Part shown: positions 21,868 to 32,997 of the stretch, piece after piece | Position numbering within the stretch: the first letter of the stretch is position 1 | How the letters are laid out: each line of letters begins with the position of its first letter | Source: Nitrospirota bacterium | GTDB taxonomy: Bacteria; Nitrospirota; Nitrospiria; Nitrospirales; Nitrospiraceae | Direction of reading: 5' to 3' | DNA: 64,000 nt | Assembly: GCA_963701855.1 (NCBI GenBank) | Contig: CAVPBK010000011.1 | Location: forward strand, 160,001 to 224,000 | The notes under the pieces: generated by a model | Database searches by the model: none | The model's input: the letters and a program-made list of their open reading frames with translations, nothing else | What the model was told of the DNA's origin: nothing | Translations under genes and position numbers: made by a program

Positions 21868-22872
21868 TCACTGCGCGTTTTTCAACACCGGTTGCAATGA
21901 CTCTCCTCGTTCCCGCTTCTCTTGAATCTCCTTGAGTGTCACGTCAAATGCGGCCAGACGCTCGGCAGTCGTCGGATGGGTGACGTCCATCTCAGATCTC
22001 TCCTCTCCTGACTGAAGGCGCTCCATTCTGCGCCAGAAATGCTTGATCACCCGCACATCATAGCCGGCTCGCGCCATGATGTAGGCTCCAACATAATCCG
22101 CTCGCGCTTCGAGGGAACGTCGTGGCACCTCGGTGGGCGCCTCCGCAGAGGCGCCCATGGTCGCACCGACAAACGCATTGAGCATCGCGCGTAACCGGGC
22201 ATTTTGGCTATGATTGAGCAGGTTATGGGCGATTTCATGCGCCACCACCCAGGCCAGTTCGTCATCCGAGTCGACATACCGCATCGTTCCGGTCGTGACA
22301 CCGACATGCCGTCCATCGGCGATCCCATTGATCCGATCACTCTCAATCAGCTCAACCGAGAATTGGCAGGCTGGGACTGCCCACAGGTTCAGGGTATGGT
22401 GGCGTCCACTCCGTACGACGTCGAGCTGGAGAGGCTGAATACGAGCCACCGTCATCCTCCGTATCAACTGCGACACCTCTTCGGTTCGAACTCCTGCCAC
22501 AGGCCGCTCGTTGACGCTGATCAATTGATCGCCCGGCACGAGTCCAGCTGAGGCGGCAGGTGATTGTGGATGGACATAGACCACGGAAACCCCACGTCCT
22601 CCCTCCGCTCCTGCATGCCCCTTGGACAGGCCGATCTCCATGATCAAGAATCCATAGGTGGGCTCCTGTTCAAGGACACACCAATCTGCCGCCGCCACCA
22701 GGAGGGGAAAGGCCACATCATGAAGACGGACCAACGGGGGCGGGCCGATTCCATCGCTGGGAATGCTCCTGGCATCGTAATGCGGGGTGGCGCAAGCAAC
22801 CAGCACACACAGCTGCCCGAGAGACCACCAGGCCAGGAGTCTTCTTGAGATATTCAATGCCTTCATGTTCAC
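21868..22872 (-). CDS. M48-family metallopeptidase with PDZ domain, probable lipoprotein
   Basis: LVAC lipobox, SPAASAGLVPGDQL PDZ, AHEIAHN, EARADY, THP. Confidence 0.88.
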   Translation of the reverse strand: MNMKALNISRRLLAWWSLGQLCVLVACATPHYDARSIPSDGIGPPPLVRLHDVAFPLLVAAADWCVLEQEPTYGFLIMEIGLSKGHAGAEGGRGVSVVYVHPQSPAASAGLVPGDQLISVNERPVAGVRTEEVSQLIRRMTVARIQPLQLDVVRSGRHHTLNLWAVPACQFSVELIESDRINGIADGRHVGVTTGTMRYVDSDDELAWVVAHEIAHNLLNHSQNARLRAMLNAFVGATMGASAEAPTEVPRRSLEARADYVGAYIMARAGYDVRVIKHFWRRMERLQSGEERSEMDVTHPTTAERLAAFDVTLKEIQEKRERGESLQPVLKNAQ

Positions 22873-22995
22873 CCTTCATAAACCTACTACTGACCAAAGG
22901 CAAAGTCTTCTCTATTGCTTACCAGTACAGAACGCTTCGGATTGAGCGGGGGCATGAGCTCTCTTTCGGTCCTGCCGCTTGAAACTCCGTGGCCC

Positions 22996-23035
22996 CAAAA
23001 GCAAAGGGCCGGTCCTCTTGTGAGAGGACTGGCCC
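22996..23035 (-). terminator. Probable terminator downstream of prsR
   Basis: Stem gggccggtcctct / agaggactggccc followed by tttgcttttg on minus strand. Confidence 0.6.
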
Positions 23036-23072
23036 TGCTTGCCGATTCTCTTCTTGAAGAAAGAAGACGGAC

Positions 23073-23252
23073 GCAAAGAAGGTTGAGGTTCAGGCTAAGG
23101 TTGAGAAAAGGAAAGTCTGATCTTCGCTAAACCTTGGCCTTAACCTCAGCCTATATCAGAAGCTGCGGCCTGCGATTGCTTCTGAACGGGTCTGTGAGTA
23201 TCCAGACCTTGCGTGTCCGTTATGCTCAAGTAGTTTGTCAACAGCCTGCTAG
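23073..23252. mobile_element. MITE-like element family A, one end missing
   Basis: Same core as 55911/59624 copies; ends tagtttgtcaacagcctgctag. Confidence 0.75.
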
Positions 23253-23511
23253 CCCGCACTATTCATGACGGTTCGTCGCGAAATCGCTAAGCCGCGTTGC
23301 GAGACCAGCGCGCGGAGCCAGAGGGGACTGGCTCCGACGTATGCGGCAATGCCTGTCCCGTTGTTCCTCGGACGGGGACAGGCACCAAAATGAAGGGTGC
23401 CGGTCCCCAACAGTACGTGGAAGGTCCGAGGGGCGAGCCCGCTGGCCGAAGGCTCGTCGTAGCAGAGGATCAGCGATTGGAGTAGAAGTGCTCATGAATA
23501 ATGCGGGCTAG
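23249..23511. mobile_element. MITE-like element, family C, with internal hairpins
   Basis: TIRs ctagcccgcactattcatga / tcatgaataatgcgggctag; internal ggagccag/ctggctcc and tgcctgtccc/gggacaggca stems. Confidence 0.75.
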
Positions 23512-24911
23512 GCCTGTTCTTTCTGCTCCTCGGATTTCGTCTTTTTCAATCCGTAACGGGCAAGTAACTGGTACAGCGTGGGACGGCTGATCCCCAGTTC
23601 CGCAGCAGCCCTGGACACATTCCCGTCGGCTTTCTCCATCGCGAGCCGCACCAGATCCTTTTCACGACTGTCGCGTGAGGCTCTGAGTGTGGACGTGTCC
23701 TCTTCGGATGAAGAGGGACCTTTCAATTCCAAGTTCATAGGAGTCACGTATTTTCCTTCCGCCATCACGACGGCGCGCTTAATCCTGTTTTCCAATTCCC
23801 TGACATTCCCAGGCCAACTGTGCGCCGTCAAGGCCTCCACTGCTTGAGGCGTAAACCCCTTCAACGATTTTTTTTGCTCTTCAGCAAACTTCGTCAAGAA
23901 TGTCCGCGCCAACAGTGTGATATCAGAACCCCGTTCGCTAAGAGCAGGCACCGCAATCGCAACGACGCAGAGCCTGTAATACAGGTCTTCCCTGAACCGC
24001 CCCTCGCTGATCGCCTTCATAAGTATTACATTTGTCGCCGCAATGATCCGCGCATCGACTGCAATCGTCTCCTTTGCGCCCAGCCGCTGTATCGTGTGAT
24101 CTTGCAAGAACCGCAACAGCTTGACTTGCAACCCCAACGGGATGTCGCCGATTTCGTCGAGGAAAAGCGTGCCGTGTTGTGCGCTTTCGATGCGCCCCTT
24201 TCGTTGCTGTGTCGCTCCGGTAAAGGCCCCTTTTTCATGTCCGAACAACTCACTCTCGAGCAGCGTCTCCGGAATGGCGCCACAGTTGATGGCAACAAAC
24301 GGCCCCGTGCTTCGCGCACTCTGGCGGTGGATCGCTCGAGCCACCAATTCCTTTCCCGTACCGCTTTCGCCGGTAATCAAGACCGGCACTTCGGACGGCC
24401 CGACACGTCGAATCATGCGGAACACGTCCTGGATCTGCGTACTGTTCCCTACAAGGCCTTCAAATTCGTTCTGACCGGCCCGTTCTTGAAGCGCGCGATT
24501 CTCCTGTTCTAAGTTGGAGAGATAGGCCGCGCGCTGGAGCACAATCTTGAGCACGTCAAGCTGAACAGGCTTCTCAATAAAGTCGTAGGCGCCGCTTTCA
24601 ATCGCGGCGACGGCTTTCGCGCGATCGCTATTGCCCGTCACCACGATCACCTTCGCCGTCGGATTGAGCTCGAGAGCTTCCCGCAAGATTGCCAATCCTT
24701 CCGAGGCCCCGTCGGGATCGGGCGGCAATCCCAAATCAAGCAGGATCAATCGAGGCATCGCGTGCCGGACGTGCGCGAGCGCCGTCGAACGATCCGAAGC
24801 TTCCAGAAGCTGGTAATCCGATGCCAGGGCCCATTTCATTTGGTCCCGAATCTCGGCATCGTCGTCGACCAGCAGCAGAGCAGGACGAGTGTCGATCAGT
24901 TTCTCAGACAT
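23508..24911 (-). CDS. prsR: Sigma54-dependent response regulator, PEP-CTERM system
   Basis: REC (LLVDDD, LDLGLPP), GESGTGKE, GAFTGA, FLDEIG, WPGNVREL, HTH LGISRPTLY. Confidence 0.9.
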   Translation of the reverse strand: MSEKLIDTRPALLLVDDDAEIRDQMKWALASDYQLLEASDRSTALAHVRHAMPRLILLDLGLPPDPDGASEGLAILREALELNPTAKVIVVTGNSDRAKAVAAIESGAYDFIEKPVQLDVLKIVLQRAAYLSNLEQENRALQERAGQNEFEGLVGNSTQIQDVFRMIRRVGPSEVPVLITGESGTGKELVARAIHRQSARSTGPFVAINCGAIPETLLESELFGHEKGAFTGATQQRKGRIESAQHGTLFLDEIGDIPLGLQVKLLRFLQDHTIQRLGAKETIAVDARIIAATNVILMKAISEGRFREDLYYRLCVVAIAVPALSERGSDITLLARTFLTKFAEEQKKSLKGFTPQAVEALTAHSWPGNVRELENRIKRAVVMAEGKYVTPMNLELKGPSSSEEDTSTLRASRDSREKDLVRLAMEKADGNVSRAAAELGISRPTLYQLLARYGLKKTKSEEQKEQA

Positions 24912-24963
24912 CCAGCGCTCGTGAATGAGGGTTTCATGTCAGAACGTGAAAAGGAATCCGTGT

Positions 24964-27073
24964 TTATAGAGCAGGAGGGCGATAAATGGGAAGCTCAATC
25001 CGAACCTGTGTCCCCTTGCCCTCCTCGCTTCGCAACTGAATCGTTCCCCGATGCGCCTCCACGATCTGCTTACACTGATACAGCCCGATGCCCAAGTCCG
25101 CCAGGCCTGCTGGATTGCGACGGTCGAAACAATGACTCAAGCATGCTCGAGGGAATTCCGCTCCCCGTATCGTCAACCGTGACGACGACGGACCCGTTTG
25201 ATTGTTCGATCGCGATTGAGATATTCCCCTTCTCGCCGATGGCTTGCTTGGCATTGAGCACCACATTCAACAGCACTTGGTGAATTTGCTCCCGAACGGC
25301 CATCACCGGCGGGACAGGCTTCCCGCTGACGGAGAGCCCCACGTGTCCCCCTCCCCTGATCGGCGCCACCGTTTCATCGATGAGATTCGACATATCTATG
25401 GATTCCGGCGTTGCTACGGCCATGGGCGTGAACGATTTCTGGGAGAGCTTGCTCATGAGAGTCGTCATTTTGTTAGCCGTGTCCGCCACTGTCCTCATGG
25501 CGGACTCCTGGAATGCGGGATCCTTGCCGTGGCGCTCGGCGTTCTGAGCCACCAAGGACAGTCTCGCTGCGAGATTTTTCAAGTCATGCAAACAGAATAC
25601 GGAGAACCGATGCAGCGCCTCCAATTCAGCCGCGGCCTGGCGTTCTTCTGCCAGATTGGCGTGAGAGAGCAGAGTCCCGACGTGATGTGCCATGCCGTGA
25701 AGCAAATCGCAATCATCCGTTCCATAGGCCTCGCCATGCAGTTGCTTGCCCAGCGCCACGAAGGCCGTAAGCTGTCCCTGGGCACGGATGGGGAAACAGA
25801 GCGCGGCTCCCATGGCCACCAGGGGATCGCCCGTAGCGTCAGCTCCGGCGTTCCTCCCAACCATGCCTTCCTCGAGCAAGACCGGTTCATCACTTTCCTG
25901 TAGCTTCATAATGACGGGATGTGACAGATCGATCGGTGATGGCTCCTTCTCAGCAGTGACTGATCGTGCCTGACAAAACCGCCGATCCGCGGCCCGGAAT
26001 GTCCAGATTGAGATGGTGGTGGTCGCGAAGTTTTTGATCAAGAGGTCCAGGAGGCGATCCAGGATCGCCTCCTGGTTCGCTGCCTCCTGAAAGGCTTCGG
26101 TGACCTGAAGCCATTTCGCGCGATAATCGTATTTCGATCGATAAAAGTTTCTCGTCAGAAATCGACGAATCTCGGCCCGCACCGTCTTCGAAAGTACCGC
26201 GACCACCAACCCCACCAGGCCCCCAAACACCACGACAACGCTGATCCCGACCCCTAACGGTTGGTTGGTCCGGCGAATCCATTCTCCGACGACGCCGACC
26301 GTGAGCAGATAGAGACCAATGACGATGAACGTCACTGTTCCGAACAAGGCCTGTGGGGACACATACGTATGGACCAGGACTTCTCGCAATCGGCTTCGCC
26401 CCAACCCATAGGCGATCAGAGAGAGCGCCATGGCTGCGACCACACTCGAAACCAGCACATGCTCGGTCCGCCAAATCGGAAACAGGAGCATCTGACTGGC
26501 TTGATAAATCTGGTAGCCGGCAAGTCCTCCCAGTCCAATGACAATGAATTTCAGTCGATGGCGGACCGGTTCACGGCTCGCACGCAGAACCAACTCAAGC
26601 TGGGCCAATCCCAGAGCCATCGCGATCACCACGAAGACATAGGGCACGCGGCCCCATGGGGCCAAAGCAATCGTGGATATCCCGTCGTCGAATGTACTCC
26701 ACACGAACACTCGATCAGTCACCGTCAGCAAGGCCAGAAGCAGGCCGACGACACCAATCATCCGAGCACGCCAAAATGGGGACGAATGCTCGCCTCGCGC
26801 AGCCGGATTCAAGAACGCGAGCCCCACATACAATAGTGCGGCCGGCTGGACTAATTCGGTCGCGAGAGCCATACGCCGCCACAGAAGCGCGTGGGCCTCA
26901 TCGAGCAATCCTAACCCGTTTGCCAGATGGGTGAGAGCAATGGCTCCTAGGAACGCGGCGAGACCCCTGTGTGAGGAGCGGTTCTGCCTCCTGACCAGCA
27001 GCAAGCAGGCCAGCCCGCCGGCTATCGCCGCTACGAGAAACGCCGCAACTGAAAACCATGCAGGAACGATCAT
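24964..27073 (-). CDS. prsK: PEP-CTERM system histidine kinase, +1 frameshift near 25092
   Basis: TM N-terminus, FYRSKYDYRAKW, GAF, HDLKN, DPAFQES, DTGSGI; GGLG-IGLYQCKQIVEAHRG continues in another frame. Confidence 0.88.
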
Positions 27074-27110
27074 GCTATACCTGCGCGACGACGTGAGTGG
27101 GCAGATTGCC

Positions 27111-28187
27111 CTATCCGATATGCCGGTACAGGATACGACCGGCCATCGTCACCACGCTGTCAGGCAATCGCGCGAAGACCTCCTTCGCACATCGAACCGT
27201 CAAGCGTTCGAGACGTGGGGACGAGGCCACCATCGGTGCACGCCAAGTGGTGAGGGTGGAGCACTCTGCGGACCAACGGCCCTTGAATGCGATCAGGCCG
27301 GGATTATCGATGTCCGAGCGGCCTAAATCGAGTTCTTCTGCCCCCGCCTGTTTGGCCTCTTTGATGGCCTGCCAGAACAGCATCGGCGTACCGCCAAGGC
27401 TATTAAAGTGGGCATCGGAGCCGCCATACTTATACACCATCTTCTTCCCATGGCTGATGGTCAAGATACCGGCAACGGGCCGGCCTGCCTTGGAGGCGAC
27501 GCGAATGCAGGCATCGTCCCCCATACAGCCCACGAGGTTCCGAAACCACTCGAACGGTTGCGGCGGAACGTGGTGGCGCGACCGAGTCAGCTGAAGAAGG
27601 CCATACAGCTGCTGAATCAACGATTCGCTGCGACCCGCTTCATAGGTGAGTGCTTCCCGCTCCGCACGGCTGATCTTCCGCTGGATGCAATCCTTGTGAA
27701 ACCCCTTAAACAACGCATCGAGACTGGGCCGAAGATCGAGCCGGTGCAGGCAATAGGTCGTGGCTCTGCCAAAGCTGTCGTCACAATCCAAGAGGGAGTT
27801 CGCAGACCGAATTTCCACATACTTCCACCGTTCCTCGCTCCTCAATGACTCTGCAAAAGAAGACAGCCTCCTGAACTGCTCGGCATGTTCAACAAGCGGC
27901 TCACAGTGATCAGAGAACGGTAACGACACGAGTCGGTTCCCGGTCAGCCAGCTCCGCACGATGCAAAATAACAAGGCATGAGTCAGGCCCTCGGCAGGGG
28001 CAGACGTCGTGAACACAACCGGTTCATACCCATACGTCGTCTGGAGCGCACGCAGCCAGCCACGCGTATGAAACACCGAGGCGTTCGGATGTCGGCAGAC
28101 AAATTCAGGCCAACGAGCATCGTGCAGCGGATCAATTGCGTACACCCCATGCTGTGGCGAGGACATCGTTTCCCCAGCTGCCATCAA
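27111..28187 (-). CDS. FemAB-like/GNAT-family protein
   Basis: FHTRGWL, LVSLPFSDHC, LDLGRS, GLIAFKGRW. Confidence 0.82.
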   Translation of the reverse strand: MMAAGETMSSPQHGVYAIDPLHDARWPEFVCRHPNASVFHTRGWLRALQTTYGYEPVVFTTSAPAEGLTHALLFCIVRSWLTGNRLVSLPFSDHCEPLVEHAEQFRRLSSFAESLRSEERWKYVEIRSANSLLDCDDSFGRATTYCLHRLDLRPSLDALFKGFHKDCIQRKISRAEREALTYEAGRSESLIQQLYGLLQLTRSRHHVPPQPFEWFRNLVGCMGDDACIRVASKAGRPVAGILTISHGKKMVYKYGGSDAHFNSLGGTPMLFWQAIKEAKQAGAEELDLGRSDIDNPGLIAFKGRWSAECSTLTTWRAPMVASSPRLERLTVRCAKEVFARLPDSVVTMAGRILYRHIG

Positions 28188-28238
28188 ACCGGCTCACCCG
28201 GTAGTTGCAGAGCACCGCGCGCTCACCGTAGCACGCAC

Positions 28239-29231
28239 TCAATCAGGTGGGTAGTATCCAGACTTTCTCTCTGATCTCCGCAACAGCCAGACAAGAGAAA
28301 AGAGCACGACGAGAGACAAGAGGAAGAGGGGGATGCCTCCTCTGCGATGCCACACGCTATCCGTAATGAACGTCGGATCCACATAATTGGCTAAGAGAGA
28401 CAGCCCGACGATGCGGAAGGCATTTTTGACGATTGCGAGCGGAACGACGACCGCCGCTAGCCCCATCTTCGCCCAGGGGGACCGAAGGAGGAAATGCCCC
28501 GCCACTAGACTGGTAATGAAGAGAGCGAGGAACGATCGGATTCCGCTGCATTCCTCGGCAACATGGATCGTGAAATTCGACAGACTGAACACGAACCCCT
28601 GCCGAAAGACCGGGACGTTGAGAATCGAGAACAGGATCGCAGTAGCTTCTGCGGAACTGCGCTGCAGGAACCCAATGATGGCATCCAACAGAAACGAGGG
28701 AAGCGGAACCATAAAGAGGAGTACGAGCAGCCCGAATGAAACCTTGCGGCAGACCGTGATCCCGAAACCGGACACAAAAATTCCCCAACACATCACCACC
28801 AACGCCAAGATCATCATCGACAACTGATCGGCAGCGAAGGTCGCTGAATCTGCCCGCCAGTAACCCAAGGCCCCCAGCCCTATCACAAGCGATCCAAGCC
28901 ATGGGCTCCACTCCCTTGAGGCGAAGATCGCCTTTCGGTCGAGAAAGAGGACAAATACGCTCAGACATGGGATCAGCACAATGTGCGAATAATGTTCCTG
29001 CTGTAGTGTAAGGGAAAAGAGTGTGACCAGTGGCTGCCAAAACCACGCGACTGTGGCAAGCAACAAGAGAAGGGACAGCCCATTTCGAATCCGCATGCTG
29101 AACGGCAGGGGCTGGCTCAATGCCTGAATGGGTCCTCCCTCCAGACGGTTAGCCCTTTCGCCAGCATGTTTCTTTTCTTCGAGCGGCGCCGTGATGTTCA
29201 GATGGTCGCTTAGCGGCATATCATTTCTCAA
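28239..29231 (-). CDS. Exosortase (EpsH family)
   Basis: Multi-TM; YSHIVLIP, VAEECSGIRS (Cys), NAFRI (Arg), WHRRGG (His). Confidence 0.92.
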   Translation of the reverse strand: MRNDMPLSDHLNITAPLEEKKHAGERANRLEGGPIQALSQPLPFSMRIRNGLSLLLLLATVAWFWQPLVTLFSLTLQQEHYSHIVLIPCLSVFVLFLDRKAIFASREWSPWLGSLVIGLGALGYWRADSATFAADQLSMMILALVVMCWGIFVSGFGITVCRKVSFGLLVLLFMVPLPSFLLDAIIGFLQRSSAEATAILFSILNVPVFRQGFVFSLSNFTIHVAEECSGIRSFLALFITSLVAGHFLLRSPWAKMGLAAVVVPLAIVKNAFRIVGLSLLANYVDPTFITDSVWHRRGGIPLFLLSLVVLFSLVWLLRRSERKSGYYPPD

Positions 29232-29237
29232 GCCTCT

Positions 29238-29455
29238 TAGCGAGACGGGCGAGACTGGCGGGAAAAGCGCGACTCAAAGTTCTGGGTTCGAAGTTTCGAA
29301 AACCTCGAACTTCGGACCTCGAACCCTCGTCCATCTCACACGTCACGCGACTCTCGCTCCTCTCGCTTGTCACGCGCCACTCCCCTATCTCACCCGTCCC
29401 GCTTTTCGCGCTAGTCTCGCGCAAATAACGTTTCACGCCTCACGTTTCACGGTTC
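29238..29455. repeat. Intergenic palindromic/heptamer repeat block
   Basis: gcgagactggcgggaaaagcg pairs with cgcttttcgcgctagtctcgc; ctcgaac and tttcacg heptamers; 29273-29316 recurs at 34670-34713. Confidence 0.7.
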
Positions 29456-29459
29456 CAAT

Positions 29460-30576
29460 TCAGCAGGCACCGCTGCCCCTAATAACGGCTGCTGGAGTCG
29501 CGAGCAGAATTTTGATGTCGGTCCAGAGTGATTGCCCCTTGGCATAGCGAAGGTCCAACCTGACCATATCCTCGAACGTCGTCCGACTCCGGCCGGTCAC
29601 CTGCCACAGCCCCGTAATGCCCGGCTTGGCTGCCAAAACTCGGTAACGATGCCATGGCTTATACTGTTGCACCTCATACCGCAGCGAGGGTCGTGGACCG
29701 ACCAACGACATATCTCCCCGGAGCACATTCCACAGTTGAGGCAGCTCATCGAGGCTGGTTTTGCGAAGAAAGATGTCCGATCGGCGTGATCCTCGAATCA
29801 TTCGTCATCTTGAAGAACGTATGAGTCTCGTTCTCCTGGGCCTTCCCGCTTGAACTAATGAACCAGCTGACATAGGCATGATGAATCGCGTGGTCGGAAT
29901 CCTCATACATCGACCGAAACTTGAAGAACATAAAGGGCTTCATCATCTGGCCGATACGCACCTGGCGAAACAGCACCGGTCCCCGGGACGACAACTTCAC
30001 AAGGCCCGCGATGGCCAAGAGCAACGGCGACAAGATGATCAGGAGCAAAAGGCTGATGAGAATATCCATGCCCCGTTTCACCACTTGATAATAAGTGATT
30101 CGAGCTTGACGCAATTGCATCTCTGGGTGCAGGTACGGATCCACCATCTGAGGTTCTTCGTCACCCAGGCACTGCGGCTCTGGATAGACGCGCAGCGTGA
30201 TCGACAACCGCTCGACGAGATTCTCCCCTAACCGACTCGTGATCTCCCTTCTGAATTCTCCTTCGAGGCGTTCAGAGGTGTCGGTGAGACCGGCAGAATC
30301 GACTTCGGGTACGATGAGCCCTATCGCCGAGTGCCGTTCAAACCATCCGAGAATATCGATCTCCGACTTGACCGCCGACAACGCCTCGGTCACCCCCTCA
30401 AGCACCGATGGCGTGTCAAGGCGCCGGCCATCCTGAACACCGACCAACAGCATGACCATAGCCAGCCCGGATCGTTCCGTGCGCTTGCGCTCCCGAGTCA
30501 CGGTATTCCTGAAGAGATCTTCGTCAAACAGCAGGTGAAGGGCCCCTACCCGTTCCCCTTCATCAACCGACGGCAT
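29460..30576 (-). CDS. Priming sugar transferase (polyprenyl glycosylphosphotransferase) with GGDEF-like N-domain, +1 frameshift near 29772
   Basis: KRGMDI, FRQVRIG, FKFRSM, DSRITPIG / LRKTSLDELPQLWNVLRGDMSLVGPRP, KPGITGLWQV. Confidence 0.9.
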
Positions 30577-30600
30577 GATGCTTCCTCCAGTCGAGTCCCA

Positions 30601-31632
30601 TCACCGAACCGAGGCGTACGCCACTTCTGTGTGTTGCTTGAGCGACTGTTCTGCCGCTTCCAGAATCCGCACCACACGCAGCCCAGCCCGCCCATCGTTG
30701 AAGGGTTGCGTGCCGTCCTTGACACAATCCAAGAAATACCGGGTTTCGAGCTTCAGTGCCTCGAGCTCTTCGACTTTCGGCGCCCACATATCGCCGGTAC
30801 GATAACTGACCAAAAGTTGATGAACACCCTGTTCTGTCTTTACATCAGCGCCCTTATCATAGACCTTCACTTTTTCTGATGGATCCAGATCATTCCACAC
30901 CAGCATCTTCTTCTGACCCCCAACGAGCGTCGTGCGCACTTTGACCGGCGAGAGCCAATTCACGTTGACGTGGGCCAGCACGTTATTGGGGAAATATACC
31001 GTCAGATGCGCAACATCTTCCAGGCAGTTCACATGTGCGCTGCCCGTCGCCACCACCAAATCCGGCTCCAGCCCGATCAGATAATCCATGACAGACAGAT
31101 CATGCGGAGCGAGATCCCACAACACATTCACGTCATGCTGGAAAAGCCCCAAGTTGACGCGCGTTGAATCGTAGTAATAGAGCGGCCCCAGGACGCCCTC
31201 ATCGATGAGCTGCTTGATCTTTCGGACCGCGCCGGTGAATAGAAATGTATGGTCCACCATGATGCGCAGGTTCTTGCGTTCGGCCAACTCGACAAGTTCC
31301 TCCGCCTGCGCGGACGTCGCCGTAAAGGGCTTCTCTACGAAGATGTGCTTGCCATTCTCTAACGCCTTCTTGGCCAACTCGTAATGAGAGGAGACCGACG
31401 TCACGATGGCCACTGCGTCGATTTCCGAAGAGGTGACGAGATCATCCACTTCGGTCATCAGACGGACATTGGGATGATGAATTAACACCCGAGCCAATGC
31501 CGCAGGGTTCGTATCGCATACGGCCACGACTTTGCAGTCTTGGTGGCCCGCGAAGTTACGGACGATGTTCGGGCCCCAGTAACCGTACCCGATGACTCCG
31601 AGTTTAACCATGGCTTCACTCCCTATAGACAT
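30601..31632 (-). CDS. Gfo/Idh/MocA oxidoreductase
   Basis: GYGYWGPN, VEKP, DLAPHD. Confidence 0.9.
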   Translation of the reverse strand: MSIGSEAMVKLGVIGYGYWGPNIVRNFAGHQDCKVVAVCDTNPAALARVLIHHPNVRLMTEVDDLVTSSEIDAVAIVTSVSSHYELAKKALENGKHIFVEKPFTATSAQAEELVELAERKNLRIMVDHTFLFTGAVRKIKQLIDEGVLGPLYYYDSTRVNLGLFQHDVNVLWDLAPHDLSVMDYLIGLEPDLVVATGSAHVNCLEDVAHLTVYFPNNVLAHVNVNWLSPVKVRTTLVGGQKKMLVWNDLDPSEKVKVYDKGADVKTEQGVHQLLVSYRTGDMWAPKVEELEALKLETRYFLDCVKDGTQPFNDGRAGLRVVRILEAAEQSLKQHTEVAYASVR

Positions 31633-31664
31633 TAATCCAGTTGATAAAAGACATCTCTTCAGAA

Positions 31665-31760
31665 CCTTTGGTTGGTTTGTCGGGTTGAAGAAACTAACTC
31701 GTTGAACCAGACCAGATGAACCAAATCAACCAGACAAACTAAATAAACCAAATAACGGTC
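31665..31760. repeat. Short ~9-nt-period repeats
   Basis: ttggttggtttg followed by aaccagacc/aaccaaatc/aaccagaca/aactaaata/aaccaaata. Confidence 0.55.
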
Positions 31761-31970
31761 TGCTTACTCTGCCAACGGCAGGATGCCCAACTTGTCCTCC
31801 GCCGTGAGGGGTCGGCGTTGCGGCCACCTCGGGTCCGGCGGGACGATCACAGCCGGTCGGGGTAAGGGGCTCCTGGGGTGGACTCGTCCAAACGCATTGC
31901 TGTGGCCCGACGGGCTCCTCCGAGTCCTCGACGGGCGCTTTTTTACCAGCATTGATGATGAATGTTCCGC

Positions 31971-32441
31971 TTAAGACTCGATCCCTTCCAACTCGTGATG
32001 TTGGCAGACTCTGATCTGGAGGCGGCGGTTCTCCTTGACGCGTAACTCCACTGGCAATAGATCCATCACACGTTGCTGAATACGGCCGGACACCTCCACC
32101 GCAGAGTCTTGCCCCAGAACTGTTAAGACCCCTCCGACCATGCGACCCTCGACATACCAGCCGATATAGTCCGTCTCCCGAAGAGTACGGAGCAAGGCCT
32201 TCACCACTGTATCGGCCACGTCGCGATCCATTTGCACAATCAATCCCTGTTTGTCGGTGGAATAGATGAGAAGGATACTGAAAGAACGCCCTGACCGGTC
32301 CGAGCGCTTAGGTTCGCTGAATAACAGGCCCCGAAAGGCTTGTTCGTTATACAGCCTGGTCTGTGAGAAGCGCGTTATCCCATTGAGCCACCCACTCAGG
32401 CCTGTTCGAGGAAAGCATTGCATTGAAAAATCGTTGGGCAT
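31971..32441 (-). CDS. Stand-alone degenerate GGDEF-like protein with RxxD site
   Basis: TRLYNEQAF...KRSDRSGRSFSILLI...LRETDYIGWYVEGR. Confidence 0.7.
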   Translation of the reverse strand: MPNDFSMQCFPRTGLSGWLNGITRFSQTRLYNEQAFRGLLFSEPKRSDRSGRSFSILLIYSTDKQGLIVQMDRDVADTVVKALLRTLRETDYIGWYVEGRMVGGVLTVLGQDSAVEVSGRIQQRVMDLLPVELRVKENRRLQIRVCQHHELEGIES

Positions 32442-32586
32442 TTGGTCCCGCCCCCAACAAGTTGAAACGAAAGAAGAGTTTTCCCACCATTGGCTTGTCC
32501 CCAAACTCGATCAATACCGCTAACGTAGGGACACCCCCTACTTTAGCGGTATTGTGCAGACCTCTTGATTCATGCGCAGCGTGTCG

Positions 32587-32625
32587 ATGAAAAAGAGCAG
32601 GATTTCGGAGGAACAGATTGCCACG
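32587..32625 (+). mobile_element. IS3-family orfA N-terminal remnant
   Basis: MKKSRISEEQIA resembles the usual IS3-family orfA start; similarity is very short. Confidence 0.4.
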
Positions 32626-32759
32626 GCGAAAACGACGGCCGAGGAGCTGCAGCGTGCCTTGTCCCTGGTGAAGAATTCCCGTCTTGTGTTGGAGACGGTG
32701 CTGAACAAGGATGGGCAAATGGCCAGAGCTTCTGCTAGCATGCGAAAGCCACTCTCTCA

Positions 32760-32962
32760 CTAGGAGTCTGCGGAAAAACTATTATGGTAAACATTTAATG
32801 GTCCCCATATCTAGGACAACAGGATAACACCGTGCAGGATGCTCAAAAAGGCCGTTCAGCAAGGCCGCAGCGAGTGAAGGTCCGAGTCGTACCCTCTGTG
32901 GTACGTTGAGGGTCTGAACGATGCGAGAACGACGCTGGCGGACTTTTTCAGCATCCTGCTAG
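32760..32962. mobile_element. MITE-like element family A with alternative internal segment
   Basis: ctaggagtctgcggaaaaac ... caggatgctcaaaaaggccgttcagcaaggccgcagc ... gctggcggactttttcagcatcctgctag. Confidence 0.75.
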
Positions 32963-32997
32963 ATTCCCGATGCCTCCTGTCGGAAGACACACGCTGA

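Noticed and set aside
31764..31952. 62-aa Pro/Arg-rich ORF in operon orientation
   Set aside because: No motif or clear support; may be real but cannot be supported
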